Below are positions 22,128 to 34,759 of a DNA stretch of 35,989 nt, one piece after another. This DNA is from Octopus bimaculoides. Its lineage: Eukaryota. The notes below the pieces were generated by a model. That model saw nothing but the letters and a program-made list of their open reading frames with translations. It did no database searches and was not told where the DNA came from. The position numbers were made by a program, and so were the translations under genes. The stretch spans positions 140,629,269 to 140,665,257 of the forward strand of contig NC_068984.1 of the NCBI RefSeq assembly GCF_001194135.2, read 5' to 3'. The number at the start of each line of letters is the position of its first letter. The first letter of the stretch is position 1.

Positions 22128-22197
22128 ACACTTGAAGAAATCCCGTGACGCCTACATCAAGAGACTAAATGGAATTTATGCTAATAACCTAGAAAAA
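22128..22197 (+). CDS. GSR: GSR coding exon 4
   Basis: (K)HLKKSRDAYIKRLNGIYANNLEK (GR motif KRDAYxxRLNxIY); ACAG acceptor, GTGAGT donor. Confidence 0.95.
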
Positions 22198-22799
22198 GTG
22201 AGTATTTGACAATAATAGCTATTTAACTTTTAAAGCTATTTTGACATTAACCATTGTTTAGTCAAGATGGTGTTAAAAAAAGAACGATGGATGTCCCTAA
22301 AAGAGTTATCTGGAGGAGAGGGAGTGATGGCAGGCAGTGTAATAAAGTAAATGTGAAAATAAATCAGATACCCATAGATAAAATGCAAACCCTCCATATT
22401 ACATATTAACTTACTATATTTTACTATTCTACATAATACTGTACTTTATGCTCTTCTGCTGTACTCTAATGGCACCTTACCATACACTACATGCTTCTAT
22501 TACTTATGGTCTTCAGCTATCTTTCCCCAGTTGTTAGGCTGGTTGCTGACTAAAAGGCTCAACCTTCTTGATGAAATCACAAAAGTGTTTCTTAAGTAAA
22601 ACCCTGCCTTGCGCTGTGAGATTTTGTAAATTTTGAATCTGTGATCTGTTTGTGTATTCTTGTGTCTGGCAATTTTTTTTACATGTACCATCTATCAGTG
22701 GAATTTATATTTTTCAGTTTTTGGTTTGGATTCTTATTGATTATGTTTTGGATGCATTCATCCCATCTGTTGTTCATACAGTGAATGTTATATTATATT

Positions 22800-23172
22800 A
22801 TGACCATGAAGGGAAGCTGTAGAAGCGGTAGACCCAGGAAGGCATGAACTGAGGTGGTGAAGCATGATCTTCAGATGTTGGGTTTCGTGGAGGCGATGAC
22901 AAGTGATTGACATCTTTGGTGATTTTACTGTGTTTGAGAAGACATGTCAAGTCAAGTGAAACCATAGTCATGACCGGTGCTGGGTACACGGAAAAGACAC
23001 CTGTGCCAGTGACCCGTAAAAGGCAGCCACTTCACTAAGGGCACCCAGCTGTAGAAACCAAGCCAAATCAGACTGGAACCTGTTCCAGCTCTTCAGCCTA
23101 CCAAACCCAGTCAGACTGTCTAACCCATGCCAGCTTGGAAAACAGGTGCTAAATGATGATGATGATGATGAC
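22800..23172 (+). mobile_element. RTE-clade LINE 3' end: decayed ORF2 C-terminus + 3' UTR + (GAT)n tail
   Basis: MKGSCRSGRPRKA*TEVVKHDLQMLGFVEAMTSD*HLW (GRPRxxW motif) continues into the GGGCACCCAGCTGTAGAAA...CCATGCCAGC...GATGATGAT tail family. Confidence 0.75.
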
Positions 23173-23302
23173 TGTATGATGACACGACAATTTTTTTTGC
23201 TAAGTCACTATTGTAAGCTTACAATTATATATGAGTTATTAGGCTTGAAACTGATAAACCAAATTTATGTTAATTAATCTGTTTTGTATTATCTTCATCT
23301 AG

Positions 23303-23435
23303 TCAAAAGTTGAGCGAATTGTGGGCCATGCCAAATTCTTATCTAATCAAACGATAGATGTGAATGGTGAGAATTATTCAGCAAAACACATTCTGATCGC
23401 AACTGGAGGGAAACCACTTATACCAGACATACCTG
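23303..23435 (+). CDS. GSR: GSR coding exon 5
   Basis: [44 protein letters not shown] (HILIATGG motif); TAG acceptor, G|GTAGGT donor. Confidence 0.95.
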
Positions 23436-24021
23436 GTAGGTAGGTGGGGATATTTAATTATGTTCTACAACCTTGAGTATCAATGAAAAACCACTTGCTG
23501 GTCCCTGGTTATCTTTGGATCCTCAAATCCTTAAAACTTATAGGTACCATTACTTCTTCCTTAATTAGTATAAAAAAAAAACTTTTACCTAAAATGGAAC
23601 CAGTCTTTCTTCCATACATGCATCTGTGGTTTGTTGTTGGTAGTCGTAATCAAACAGTCCTGTGAGCTAAGATATTCTGTCCATGACCATCCCATAGTAT
23701 ATCTAAGATCACATTATCTTGTGTGTCTTTCTATTTTTAATAGTTAAGTATCTTGCCTAAATAAAGTACAGTGAATTATACCACACTATTGTACCTGCCT
23801 ATGGCTGTGTAGACTGAGCTGATGACAGTTAAATATCTTGGCCATTGATACAATATAGGGAATTATATATTAGGTGTCTACTTCATGTTCTTCACAAATT
23901 GGGAACTACATCATACATGTCAACCATAGCCCATACCTTATATTCACACACACACACACACACTCTCTCTTTCTCTCTCTCTCTTCTAAACTATAAGATA
24001 AGCTGTATATATATTTTACAG

Positions 24022-24076
24022 GTGCCCAGTATGGTATAAGCAGTGATGGTTTTTTTGAATTACCAGATTTACCAAA
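24022..24076 (+). CDS. GSR: GSR coding exon 6
   Basis: (G)AQYGISSDGFFELPDLP(K) (GITSDGFF-like); TACAG acceptor, AA|GTAAGT donor. Confidence 0.95.
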
Positions 24077-24159
24077 GTAAGTAATAGCTACATTCTGTTA
24101 AATCTGTAAATATCTGAGATATGTTATTGTTATTAATCTTATAATTATCAACAAAGCCA

Positions 24160-24610
24160 TCGGCTGGCAGAATCGTTAGCAAAATTACCTGGGCAAAATG
24201 CTTAGTGGCAGTTCATCCATCTTTTATGTTCCGAGTTCAAATTTCACCAAGTTCAGCTTTGTCTTTCATCCCCTTGGGGTTGATAAAATAAGTACCGGTT
24301 GAACACTGGAATCAAAATCATCAATTTACCCCCTCCCACAAAATTGCTGGCCTTGTGCCAAAATTTGAAACCAATATTATAAATATTCATAAGACAGTGA
24401 GCTGGCGGAATCATTAACATGCTGCGCAAAATTGGTGACATTTCATCTGTCTTTACATTCTGAGTTCAAATTCTGCTGAGATTGACTTAGCCTTTCATCC
24501 TCTTGGGGGTCAATAAAACGAGTACCAGCTGAGAACTGGGGTCAGTGTAATCAACTGGCACCCATTTCCTTGAAATTGTTGTTCTTTTGCCAAAATTTGA
24601 AACCATTATT
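24160..24610 (+). mobile_element. two tandem diverged SINE-C copies
   Basis: GCTGGCAGAATCGTTAGC...GAGTTCAAATT...CTTTCATCC...GTACC, occurring twice; another copy lies at about 12345-12520. Confidence 0.75.
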
Positions 24611-24619
24611 GTGATTATC

Positions 24620-24970
24620 TACATGTGGTAAGAAGTTTGTTTAGCAACTACATGGTCCTGGGTTCAGTCCCTCTGTATGGCACTTTGGGCAAATGTCTTC
24701 TACTCTGTCCCTCAGGCCTACTAAAGCCTTGTGAGTAGATTTGGTTGACAGTAATTGAATGAAGTCCTTTGTGTGTGTGCTTGTGTTTGTGCCTCACTAC
24801 CATTTAATAACCAGTGCTGGTTTGTTTACATCCCCATTAGCAGTTTGATATGGGAGACCTATAAAATAAGTACCAGGCTTTAAGAAAAATAAAGTACTGG
24901 GTTCGATTTGTTAAACTAACCCCTTCAGGCAGTGCCCCAGCATAACTGCAGCCTAATGACTAAAACAAGG
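24620..24970 (+). mobile_element. SINE-A (diverged)
   Basis: GTGGTAAGAAGTTTG...GGTTCAGTCCC...AATGACTAAAACAAG. Confidence 0.7.
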
Positions 24971-25443
24971 GAAAGATGATAAAACATATACTTTTAACCC
25001 CTTCTTTACAGTATATATATATTCAGCATTTATATAGCTACACTATCAATCTCATCTATAGGGGTTACCCCCTTTGGACAGTAAGTTGTGATTTGAGAAA
25101 GATTTGGCTGGTATTTCTAGCAAATCATGTAATTATATAGGGATTCCTGCATCAACTCATTGTTGCTTAATATAGTAGCTGAGTATCATCATCATCATCA
25201 TCAAATACAATAAAAGACATCAAATTACTTTTACTTCGTTAGTTCAAATCCTACTAAAGGTAATTTGTTTTTTGTCCAGTCATGGGGGTCAACTTAAATC
25301 CTTGATTTCCCACTCCAGTCCCAGATGTGTAGCTGTGTGTGTCTCTTAGAAATTACGATCACCGTCATCACTACAAACACCCTCTTCTTCCTATCACCAT
25401 CATCATCATCATCATAACTTAAAAAGTTTTCTATTAATTTCAG

Positions 25444-25543
25444 AAAATGTGTTGTTGTTGGTTCTGGTTACATTGGTGTAGAACTTGCTGGAATATTCAA
25501 ATCTCTCGGTGCAGATACCTCTCTGCTTATTCGATACGACAAG
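25444..25543 (+). CDS. GSR: GSR coding exon 7
   Basis: [33 protein letters not shown], the NADPH-binding Rossmann motif; TTTCAG acceptor, AAG|GTGAGA donor. Confidence 0.96.
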
Positions 25544-25792
25544 GTGAGATTCCATGATGTGACAGCTTTTGTTTATTCACTGATTCTGTACAACGTTCAT
25601 TGTGATGTGGAAATACTTATCTCAAGACACTCAGGTCTCTATTGATACCACAAATTGAAACATTGGGAACCTGAGAATAAGAGAAGCCATCTTCATTAAC
25701 AAGCTCAAACCACATATTAGCAACAACTGAGCTTAGAGTAGCTGGTTGACTATTATAGCAATGCTATCCTGTGCATGCAAAGCAACCTTCTG

Positions 25793-25794
<2 letters not shown>

Positions 25795-25840
<46 letters not shown>
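25795..25840. repeat. (CA)n microsatellite
   Basis: Directly visible. Confidence 0.95.
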
Positions 25841-25842
<2 letters not shown>

Positions 25843-26107
25843 CACTTACTTTGGAGCAAAAAAGCTAGATCACATCACTAAATCTGAAGATTTCCTGAAG
25901 AAAAGTCCTGACCCTGAAATATTGAATTACAAGATAACCGTATAAACCATAGACTTATTTTCTTATAATTCATGTTATTTAGGCTTTTCAGAAAAGCTAT
26001 AAACGTATAAATCTACCTACCCACCACTACACATTGTGATTAATTACTGTTTTATTAAAATATATTAGTAACGGGAAGTTAATAAATTTCCCATGTCACA
26101 ATTTCAG

Positions 26108-26194
26108 GTTCTACGCCAATTTGATGAATCTATTAGCTCAGCAGTTACAGAGAACCTGGAACATTCTAAAATCAACCTTCAGAGACACACACAA
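26108..26194 (+). CDS. GSR: GSR coding exon 8
   Basis: VLRQFDESISSAVTENLEHSKINLQRHTQ (VLRxFD); TTTCAG acceptor, GTGAGT donor. Confidence 0.95.
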
Positions 26195-26605
26195 GTGAGT
26201 ATTTTTATGATGTGATTGTTTACTTTTAGAATGACATTGTAGGGTGTGTGTGAAAAGTTGGATCTGGCCAGTTTGAACATAAAACAGGCAGAATATTCTG
26301 GCCAGATACTAAAGGGTTAACTATCACACATCAAACTACAGCATGGAATAAAAATACCTTCAGTGCTGGCAGGACACGTAATTTTACCCAGACTTGTTTT
26401 ATGTCCATTTTTCCACACTGGCGTTGATCGGACAAAGAATTGTTTGAGGCAGTATTTTATGGCCAAATACTAATCTTGTCACCAAACCTGATGTGTTTTT
26501 CTATCAAAGGATTTTTTTTTATTCTCTTGGTCTTTAAAAGTTTAGAGTCTCATAGAAGCAATAACAAATGACTGAGACTGTTGGTGATTTGCTGTCGTTT
26601 TAGAG

Positions 26606-26835
26606 CAGTGCCACTCAAAGTGGTGGTCCTAGGATTAGTGCTGGTCTGCGAGCCATCAGCTGCCAGTACGTGGCGAGTTTCCAGAAAACAAAGAAACATT
26701 ATAAAATGCTTATGTAATATTGTATTATTTGTTTACAAAATAAATATAAGATAAAAATTAATTGTCAACTTTTATTATATTCATTATATTGTTTCCGGTA
26801 TAAATTAATATTACTAAGAGATATTACTGGTCCCC
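26606..26835. mobile_element. partial hAT-like element
   Basis: Starts CAGTGCCACTCAAAGTGGTGGTCC, a hAT/Charlie-like end; no second TIR found. Confidence 0.4.
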
Positions 26836-26837
26836 CA

Positions 26838-27020
26838 ACATCACTTGACAACCGATGCTGGTGTGTTTACATCCCTGTAACTTAGCAGTTCAGCAAAAGA
26901 GACCGATAGAATAAGTACTAGGCTTACAAAGAATAAGTCCTGGGGTCGATTTGTTCGACTAGAAGGCGGTGCCCCAGCATGGCCGCAGTCACATGACTGA
27001 AACAAGTAAAGGATAAAAGA
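26838..27020 (+). mobile_element. SINE-A 3' half
   Basis: CACTTGACAACCGATGCTGGTGTG...ACAAGTAAAGG. Confidence 0.85.
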
Positions 27021-27139
27021 GAATATTGTTTTATTGTGACAAAACCTTTTATCAATGCCTTCTGCCTAACCTGAGCAGGCACACATGGTGTGTGCATGCA
27101 AAGTGTTATGGTCCTGCATATATCTAGTGTTACTTCACA

Positions 27140-27361
27140 TTATTTACATTTGACGGATATTTGTCCTCATCTTGTTTGTTGTTAACACAACATTTCAGCT
27201 GCTGTACTCTCCAACCTTCATCAGGTGTCTTGGAGAAATTTCAAACCTGGATTCTCATTCCTAAGCTGAAGTGTTGTGTTATCAACAAGCAAGTTGAGGA
27301 CAAATATCCATCAAATGTAAATAATGTACATAGTTCTTCATCTCTTAAATATAGAACTGTA
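27140..27361. mobile_element. element F copy 3: inverted minus-strand part (degenerate hammerhead 27184-27229) joined to a plus-strand 3' end
   Basis: The reverse complement reads CCAAGACACCTGATGAAGGTTGG...CAGCTGAAATGTTGTGTT; the plus part ends ATAGAACTGTA; 60-bp inverted arms. Confidence 0.8.
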
Positions 27362-27519
27362 GTGTATCTAGAATTTTTTTTAAAGTGAGAAGATAAATTT
27401 TATGAATTGTTTTTAGGAAGCGGTTTTGCCATGTAGAAGTTTTCTTAGTGTTACAAAAAGTTTTTAATGTAGGTGTGTAGCAAATGGTGTGCATGACTTT
27501 TGAAATTATAATTTTACAG

Positions 27520-27654
27520 GTGCAAGAAGTGAAAAAGCAAAGTAACGGTCAGCTAACTGTGAACTCTAACCAAGGGACCATTTCAGATGTTGACTGTCTT
27601 TTGTGGGCCATTGGCCGTGTCCCCAATATTTCAAACCTTGGACTTGAAAATACT
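27520..27654 (+). CDS. GSR: GSR coding exon 9
   Basis: VQEVKKQSNGQLTVNSNQGTISDVDCLLWAIGRVPNISNLGLENT (DCLLWAIGR); TACAG acceptor, GTATGT donor. Confidence 0.95.
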
Positions 27655-27928
27655 GTATGTTTGTTTTTTTACATTTTTAAATGTTGTTCATAGAATATAT
27701 TCTTCAATGTTCTTGTTTTTAATGTTATTGTTTGCAGTGTGTGTGTGTGTGGTGGGGGAGGTGCTTACTGTGAATTAAATTTACCCTCACCCTTGATTCA
27801 TTTGATCCTTTCTTTCTATCTGGACAAAATCCATTGGTGAAGCAGGCATCAAAAGAATCATTAATCAGATTTTCTCTGTCTCATTAATCTCTCTAATTCT
27901 ACAAATAATCTATACATCAATTCACATA

Positions 27929-28090
27929 GACGCAGGAGTGGCTGTGTGGTAAGTAGCTTGCTTACAAACCACATGGTTCCGGGTTCAGTCCCACTGCGTC
28001 GCATCTTGGGCAAGTGTCTTCTACTATAGCCTCGGGCCGACCAAGGCCTTGTGAGTGGATTTGGTAGACGGAAACTGAAAGAAGCCCGTC

Positions 28091-28152
<62 letters not shown>

Positions 28153-28363
28153 CTTTGTGTGTCTGTGTTTGTCCCCCTAGCATTGCTTGACAACCGATGC
28201 TGGTGTGTTTATGTCCCCGTAACCTAGCAGTTCGGCAAAAGAGACCGATAGAATAAATACTAGGCTTACAAAGAATAAGTCCCGGGGTCGATTTGCTTGA
28301 CTAAAGGCGGTGCTCCAGCATGGCCGCAGTCAAATGACTGAAACAAGTAAAAGAGTAAAAGAG
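27929..28363 (+). mobile_element. SINE-A, full-length, with long internal (TA)n
   Basis: Complete head, body and tail; (TA)n at about 28092-28148. Confidence 0.9.
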
Positions 28364-28550
28364 TATCTGTTTGTAGAATCCTCACATATAACGCGCACTT
28401 ACTGCCTTAAACACCAGGTACATTGTTCTGCTACTCTGTGAACACTATAGATTTATGTCTGTATGGTTACACTGTCTGAAACACCATTGCTGGTGTCACA
28501 TAAAAAGTGCTATGCCAATGCTATGTAAAAGCACCCATGCTGGTTCCATA

Positions 28551-28800
28551 TACAGGCTGTTCAAAAAGTCTCTCCGCAGTAAGTATTTTATTGCAACGAT
28601 GGTATAAGACTACAAAAGAATATATTAGACTTTACAAGACTTTAAAAAAGAACTTTATAAGAGGTGTTGAAAGTGTCATCCTTCATTTTCAATACATAAG
28701 TTGACTCTTCTGCACATGTTTTGAAATACATCCACCTCTTTATTGACAGGCTTGATTGGCCAGAGGAAATTTTGTACCCTTTTGCATCTGTGCAGAAAAA
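28551..28800 (-). mobile_element. Tc1/mariner-superfamily 3' end relic
   Basis: TACAGGCTGTTCAAAAAGTCTCTCCGCAG is TIR-like; a minus-strand frame KEVDVFQNMCRRVNLCIENEG*HFQHLL* resembles a transposase C-terminus. Confidence 0.6.
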
Positions 28801-29310
28801 GGAAGAAGATTGTCCCCTAATGTTCACACTCTCTCTTCTTGTTATGCCTCTAGGTGGGTCGAACACCAGGTTGAGTCAACAGCGTTAAATCGTTCTTCTC
28901 AGTAACCAGGCAACATCGCTGGTCAAACTGCGAACGATTTATCTCCCTTCATTCACTTCTCTAACTTCAACAAAAATTGAACTGGACTGGTTTTGAGGAC
29001 CAATCCAAACATTTCTGTAGTTTAGAGTGTAAATAAAAATATAATGAAGAGATATGAAAGAAAATCGATATTGCTACATTGTTTAGCCCAGATCAAAGAC
29101 CATCTGGTTACAGATGGCCTTTGACGGGATGTCCAGACAGGACAACATTAACCAATGTAAAGTTTTCAAATAGCAGGTTCCACTTTTGGTACTTAAACTT
29201 TGGTATTTATTAGTCTTTTCTTTTTCTAAGATTGCTGCTTATAATTTCCAATATCATTTATTATTGAACTCCTTAGCAGTTTGTTCAGATGATGTTTTTT
29301 TTGCTTTTAG

Positions 29311-29422
29311 GCAGTGAAATGTGATACCAAAGGCCACATTATCGTCGATGAGTACCAAAATACCAGTGTCAGTCATATCTATGCCTTAGGAGATGTCTGT
29401 GGAAAATTCCAGTTAACACCAG
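29311..29422 (+). CDS. GSR: GSR coding exon 10
   Basis: [37 protein letters not shown] (second FAD motif TxxxxIYAxGD); TTTAG acceptor, G|GTAAAT donor. Confidence 0.95.
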
Positions 29423-30756
29423 GTAAATTAGCAATTATTATTATTTTTAAATATTATAAAGCCTAGCTGTAGGCGAAGTAAGAAGAATGTAAATGCATCC
29501 CTTGTGTGCTGTTATAGAAAAACGAAGTGGGGGAGTTTCCTGATGTATAATTTCACAATTTATTGACTGCTCCTCAGAGACAACATACCTGGTCTTCATC
29601 CTCAATCAATATTTATAGTGGTAGTAGTACAGGAGCATGTGCAGTAACAGTGCATCCCCCATTTGTTGGTGTTTCTCTACTATTTGAAAAGGTTTTCAAG
29701 GCCATTTGCCAACAGGTTTACTTTATAAATTTGACCCTGCATTCAATTTTCCACCATTCATTTGCTTCACACTTGCTGTGCCCACCAGAAAAGGATGTGG
29801 TATACAGCCTTTGTTTATACAAAGATAAATAACACCAGTTAATTAATTCACTGGTAAACATGTTTGTGTCACGTATCTGATGCAAGTATGCTAGCTATGC
29901 CTTTTATATTGTAATACTGTCATTGATAGGATGTAGATATCAACAGGAGGGGGTGGGAAAAGAAGAAAGGTTTCTGATATAGATGGTGGAGGCAGGAATT
30001 GGAGGGTGCACCATGAATGAGCAAGCCACATGGCTACACATGTGGCAGAGACATACTAATGAGAAAGACAAGGTGTATGTTTTCAACAGGCAAAAAATGT
30101 AACTTCTAATGAACGAAACATAAAAACATGAAAGTTCGGAGTATCTTCTTATTCATGTATATATGCATCCACACAATTGTTTTTCTAAATGAAGGTGTAA
30201 TTTAGTGGATAAGGATGTTACTATCTGTTGTGGTGATAGGCAGTAACACCCCTTGGGATTAAAAGTTGGACTCACCGAATTCTTATAAAAGAGTAATGTG
30301 TATCGTTGAGATGAGCGAAGGCATTTGGATTCTCATGTAGCAGTAATATGTTGTGTGAAGACATTGTTTTACCTCTGCTTTGTTAAATCACATATCCAAA
30401 AATCAAGGATATAAAACTACCTTTAGTTTCGATATAAGGTTTCTAGTTTGACTCCTGTCTTAGACTCTGTATATTCTAAGACCCAGCCTTGTCACATTCT
30501 GTGTCACACTGAATCTCCCTGAGAACTGTGTTGAGGGTACATGCGTCCATGGAGTGCTCAACCATTTGCACGTTAATCTTATGAGCAGGTTGTTCTGTTG
30601 ATTGGATCAGCTTGGAACCCCTTGTCATCATAACTGAGAGGATGCCAGTATACAAGACTTCATCACCACTATATCTGTTATTATTATCATTACTACTGTC
30701 ACCATATTTTGTATATGTTGTAAGCTGATTATTTCTATATTGTGTGTTGATTGCAG

Positions 30757-30888
30757 TGGCTATAGCTGCTGGACGTCGATTAGCTCACCGGCTTTTTAAT
30801 GATGAAGCAGAATCCAAGATGGACTACACTGATATTCCATCAGTTGTTTTCAGCCATCCTCCAGTTGGATCTGTTGGATTGACACAAG
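30757..30888 (+). CDS. GSR: GSR coding exon 11
   Basis: (V)[43 protein letters not shown]; TGCAG acceptor, G|GTCAGT donor. Confidence 0.95.
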
Positions 30889-31366
30889 GTCAGTGTACTT
30901 TTTTTTTTTTTATTTGTTTACTTTAACATATGTCAATTCTTTTTCATCATATTTTTTCCACTTTTTCCATGGAATTCATTGGGGCAGATTTTCTGTGGTT
31001 GGATACCTCTCCTGCACCAACTCTCTCTTATTTCCAATTAAAGTAATATTCCCTTAAGACAAGATATGTTTCACAGAAGATTGGAAACAAAGGACACCGC
31101 TTTCATAATGGTGGCACTTGTTTATAACTATTATATGAAGACAAAAGAATAACACAATATATTCACAAGGCTTTGGCCAGCCTGGTGCTATATTAGAAGA
31201 CACTTGCCCAGAGTGCCACACAGGGAAACTGAACTCTAAACCAGTGGTTTGGAAGCTTTACATTAACACAATGCCACTGTTAACCTTTATTGGTTTACCT
31301 TGGCACATACATACCTCACTGTCTCTTATACGTTTTTTTTGCCATCATTTCTCTCATGTTCTTATA

Positions 31367-31575
31367 TGAGGGGGGGGGTGCTGAAAAGTTCCTGGTTTTG
31401 GGTAAATAAAAAAAATACAAGAGGATGAGTTAATTATGCTTTTATTAAACATATTCCCCTCTCAGATTCGCACACTTCAGTTTTTCTAAGCCCTGTAAAA
31501 GAACTCAGAAGGTTGGGCTGCCAAGAAGGCCTTACACAATACCCTTGAAGTCAGGAACTTTTCAGTAACCCCTCG
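31367..31575. mobile_element. mariner-type MITE
   Basis: TA then TGAGGGG(n)TGCTGAAAAGTTCCTG ... CAGGAACTTTTCAGTAACCCCTCG, a terminal inverted pair; the right TA is mutated to TG. Confidence 0.75.
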
Positions 31576-31626
31576 TGGACGTGGCTGTCATCATCACTAA
31601 TGTTCTCTTCTTCATCTTCAATCCAG

Positions 31627-31760
31627 CTGAGGCAGAGAAACTCCATGGTAAATCCAAAATCAAGACCTACCAGACCAATTTCACCCCAATGTATTATGCT
31701 GTCACCACACACAAAGAGAAATGTATGATGAAGTTGATTTGTCTTTTACCTGAAGAGAAG
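31627..31760 (+). CDS. GSR: GSR coding exon 12
   Basis: (A)EAEKLHGKSKIKTYQTNFTPMYYAVTTHKEKCMMKLICLLPEEK (FTPMYxAVT); CCAG acceptor, AAG|GTAAAT donor. Confidence 0.95.
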
Positions 31761-32319
31761 GTAAATACACTTTCTGTTGTTGGTATTTTCTTTGTTTCAA
31801 CTTAATTTTGTTTTTTTCCTTGCATCACCACTTTCACCTACACAACAGGCTTCTTTCAGTCTCTGCTTACTGAATTCACTGACAGGGCTTTGGTTGACCC
31901 AAGGCTATAGAAGACACTTGTTTAAGGTGCTACACAGTGAGATTGAACCTGAATCTGCATGCTTGGGAAGCCAACTTCTCAACCATGCAACTGTATCTGT
32001 GCCTTTTATATAAAAGTCAAGAAGAATAACTCAAAGTGGCCAGTGGCATGAATGTGAAGAACAAAGATGGAGAAAGGTCTACTAAATACCATACAAGATG
32101 AATTCTTGATTTATTGAAACTATCTTTAGTTTAAGAGAATCTAAGCGAACACCTAGCAACATTTGCAGCTGTCTCCAACTGAGAAGGGGAGATAATCTCA
32201 TAGAATCGACAATCAGTCTTCAGAATTAACATGTCATTAAGGAACATTCTGTTTTCTATATCGGGAGACAAGAGGACAGCTGTGAACATGTTTCTACTTC
32301 AATACACACACATCAACAT

Positions 32320-32775
32320 TGTTGTTTAACATCTGTTGTCCATGCTGGCATGGGTTGGACAGGCTGACATGCTGGACCAATCCAAGAGTGTAATGGGTGC
32401 TTTTACGTGCCACTTGCATGGGTGCCATTTATGTGACACTTGAACAACACTGGCATTTGCCATGACTGATTTTGCTTGGCTTGATGGGTCTTCTATATAT
32501 ATATATATATATGAGAGAGGCGCTTTCCAGTTTCCATCTACCAAATCCACTCACAAGGCTTTGGTACCCCAATATACTAACACATCACTGGACATCAAAA
32601 ACACACACCAAAATGACCAACTTACATGTGTAGCCATCTGGTTCACCAGTCCTCAGTCAAATCGTCCAACCCATGCTAGCATGGAAAGCGGACGTTAAAC
32701 AACGATGATGATGATATAAAAAAAAGCTCCAATCTAATTTGGCAGAGTTTCTACAACTGGATGCCCTTCCTATTG
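32320..32775. mobile_element. cluster of RTE-type tail fragments in both orientations
   Basis: Minus fragment about 32320-32490, plus fragment 32630-32716, minus fragment about 32730-32772. Confidence 0.65.
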
Positions 32776-32990
32776 GATTAATTGCTATATATTGATTAGT
32801 GTGTTAAAGTGTTGAGTAATGCACTGGCACAGTTTTGGCTACCTGGTGTCATCTGCAGTTGGGGTGTATTTCTGTTGGATCTACTTCAACAATTCCACAG
32901 TATTAGACACCAGATAGCCCACACCATGCCAGTGCTCAACACTTCAGTACATTATTATGCTTATATATATATATTGTGTGTAGCTGTTGA

Positions 32991-33188
<198 letters not shown>

Positions 33189-34088
33189 AAACACAGCTTT
33201 ACTCAGATTGGTTCCACATCAACCTGTTTGGTGTGGCCATAAATTGTATTTTTACACACACAGAAGAAGACAGAATATATATATATATTCTACTATGTTA
33301 CCCATTTAGTTCAAGTTAAGGTAAAGGTGCTTGGTTAAAGTTTCTCAAATTGCAGCATTAAATAATTCGCTTTCTAGATTCTCCCTGACTAATCCAGACT
33401 GATCTGGAGGTCATAAGCTGAAAGCATTAAGGGCCCCGCCAAATACTATTTAGATCTAATATTGCTTCAGTTAATTTACCATAAAAAATTCCAGTTATGG
33501 TCAGTAACCTTAATGTTACTAAGTGAATGTCTAAGAATTCTAAAAAGATCTGTTTGTCCTTTTTCTTTTTTTTTTTTATAATTTAGCAGATCTCTTTGGG
33601 TGTGTTGTTTTTATTTGCTGTATTCTCTTAAAAATCTCAAAAGCTCAAACCAAATATAATCCACATTAATCGTTAATCTGAAAGGACCTGTAAAGATTCT
33701 AGATATTGGGCTTTCTCTTCTGAATACATATGCAGTTTTTTGGGGGTAACAGGTGGGGTGTTATTGAGCATCAAGCAGGTGCAACATACCTTGCTGATAG
33801 AAAAACTTGTGAAATGGGTCTAACAAACGCCACCATCTGATTCTGAGATCTCTACTTGAAGGTTTGGAAATATTTTCTTGTAGAAAGTTATTTGGCATTA
33901 TTGGAATCTAGAAAAGCAAATCATGAATCAATATGATTTGATTATAATGGTCAAATCTTTCATTGTTGATTTTTCACAGTTACTCCATTTTAGTATAAAT
34001 GAATTATTTTTTTTATCAGAATTTATTATTAAAAATTTTCAAAATCTCTGTTATCAAGCTGGAAAACAAGTGCACTTATAATTTTTAT

Positions 34089-34094
34089 AATAAA
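34089..34094 (+). terminator. candidate GSR polyadenylation signal (AATAAA; ATTAAA at 33357-33362 is an alternative)
   Basis: Hexamer match downstream of the stop codon only. Confidence 0.2.
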
Positions 34095-34759
34095 ATTCTT
34101 TTCTAGAGAAATCAGTCTATGTTATTTTTTTTCATCATTTTAACATGTTTAATCCAAGGTCAATCAAGGCTCTGTAGACCTATAAGGATATTTCATATCA
34201 CCATACTGGATTTTATTCAAGCATTGAATACTATATAGATTACATATGTGTCCTTAAGATATTAGGGCGTAAATTGAGTGAGATTTATACACACACACTC
34301 TGTGCCCATAAAGTCTTTCTTCACTCATATTGATTAGATGTGTGTTGGGCAAAAAAAAATGGAAGCCACATTGAATTGCACCAAACTGTACATGAACTTT
34401 ATTAGTTGGTTTCTTATTCAACATGTTGCAAGTTACTCTAATAGATAACTTTCAAATCCCACCGTAACTGTATGGACACTATCATCATTTAATGTCCATT
34501 TTCCATGTTGGCATGGGTTAGATGGTTTCACTGGAACTAGTCAACTGGAATGCTGTACTAGGCCCCAGTCTGATTTTGACTTGGTTTCTAGGCTGGATGC
34601 TCTTTATATGTGTATGTATATATATATGTATATATAAGTGTGTGTGTATATATATGTATGTGTGGAGGCGCAATGGCTCAGAACCTAATCAAGCAGAATC
34701 TCTACTTGATCTCATGAAACTTGTGTTCATGGAGTAAACCATACTCTCCTAAACAATTA

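Noticed and set aside
25444-25543. GSGYIG instead of GAGYIA, hinting at an NADH-preferring enzyme
   Set aside because: The terminal Gly also occurs in NADPH-dependent GRs such as the yeast enzyme, and both 2'-phosphate-binding arginines are retained (LIRYDKVLRQFD).
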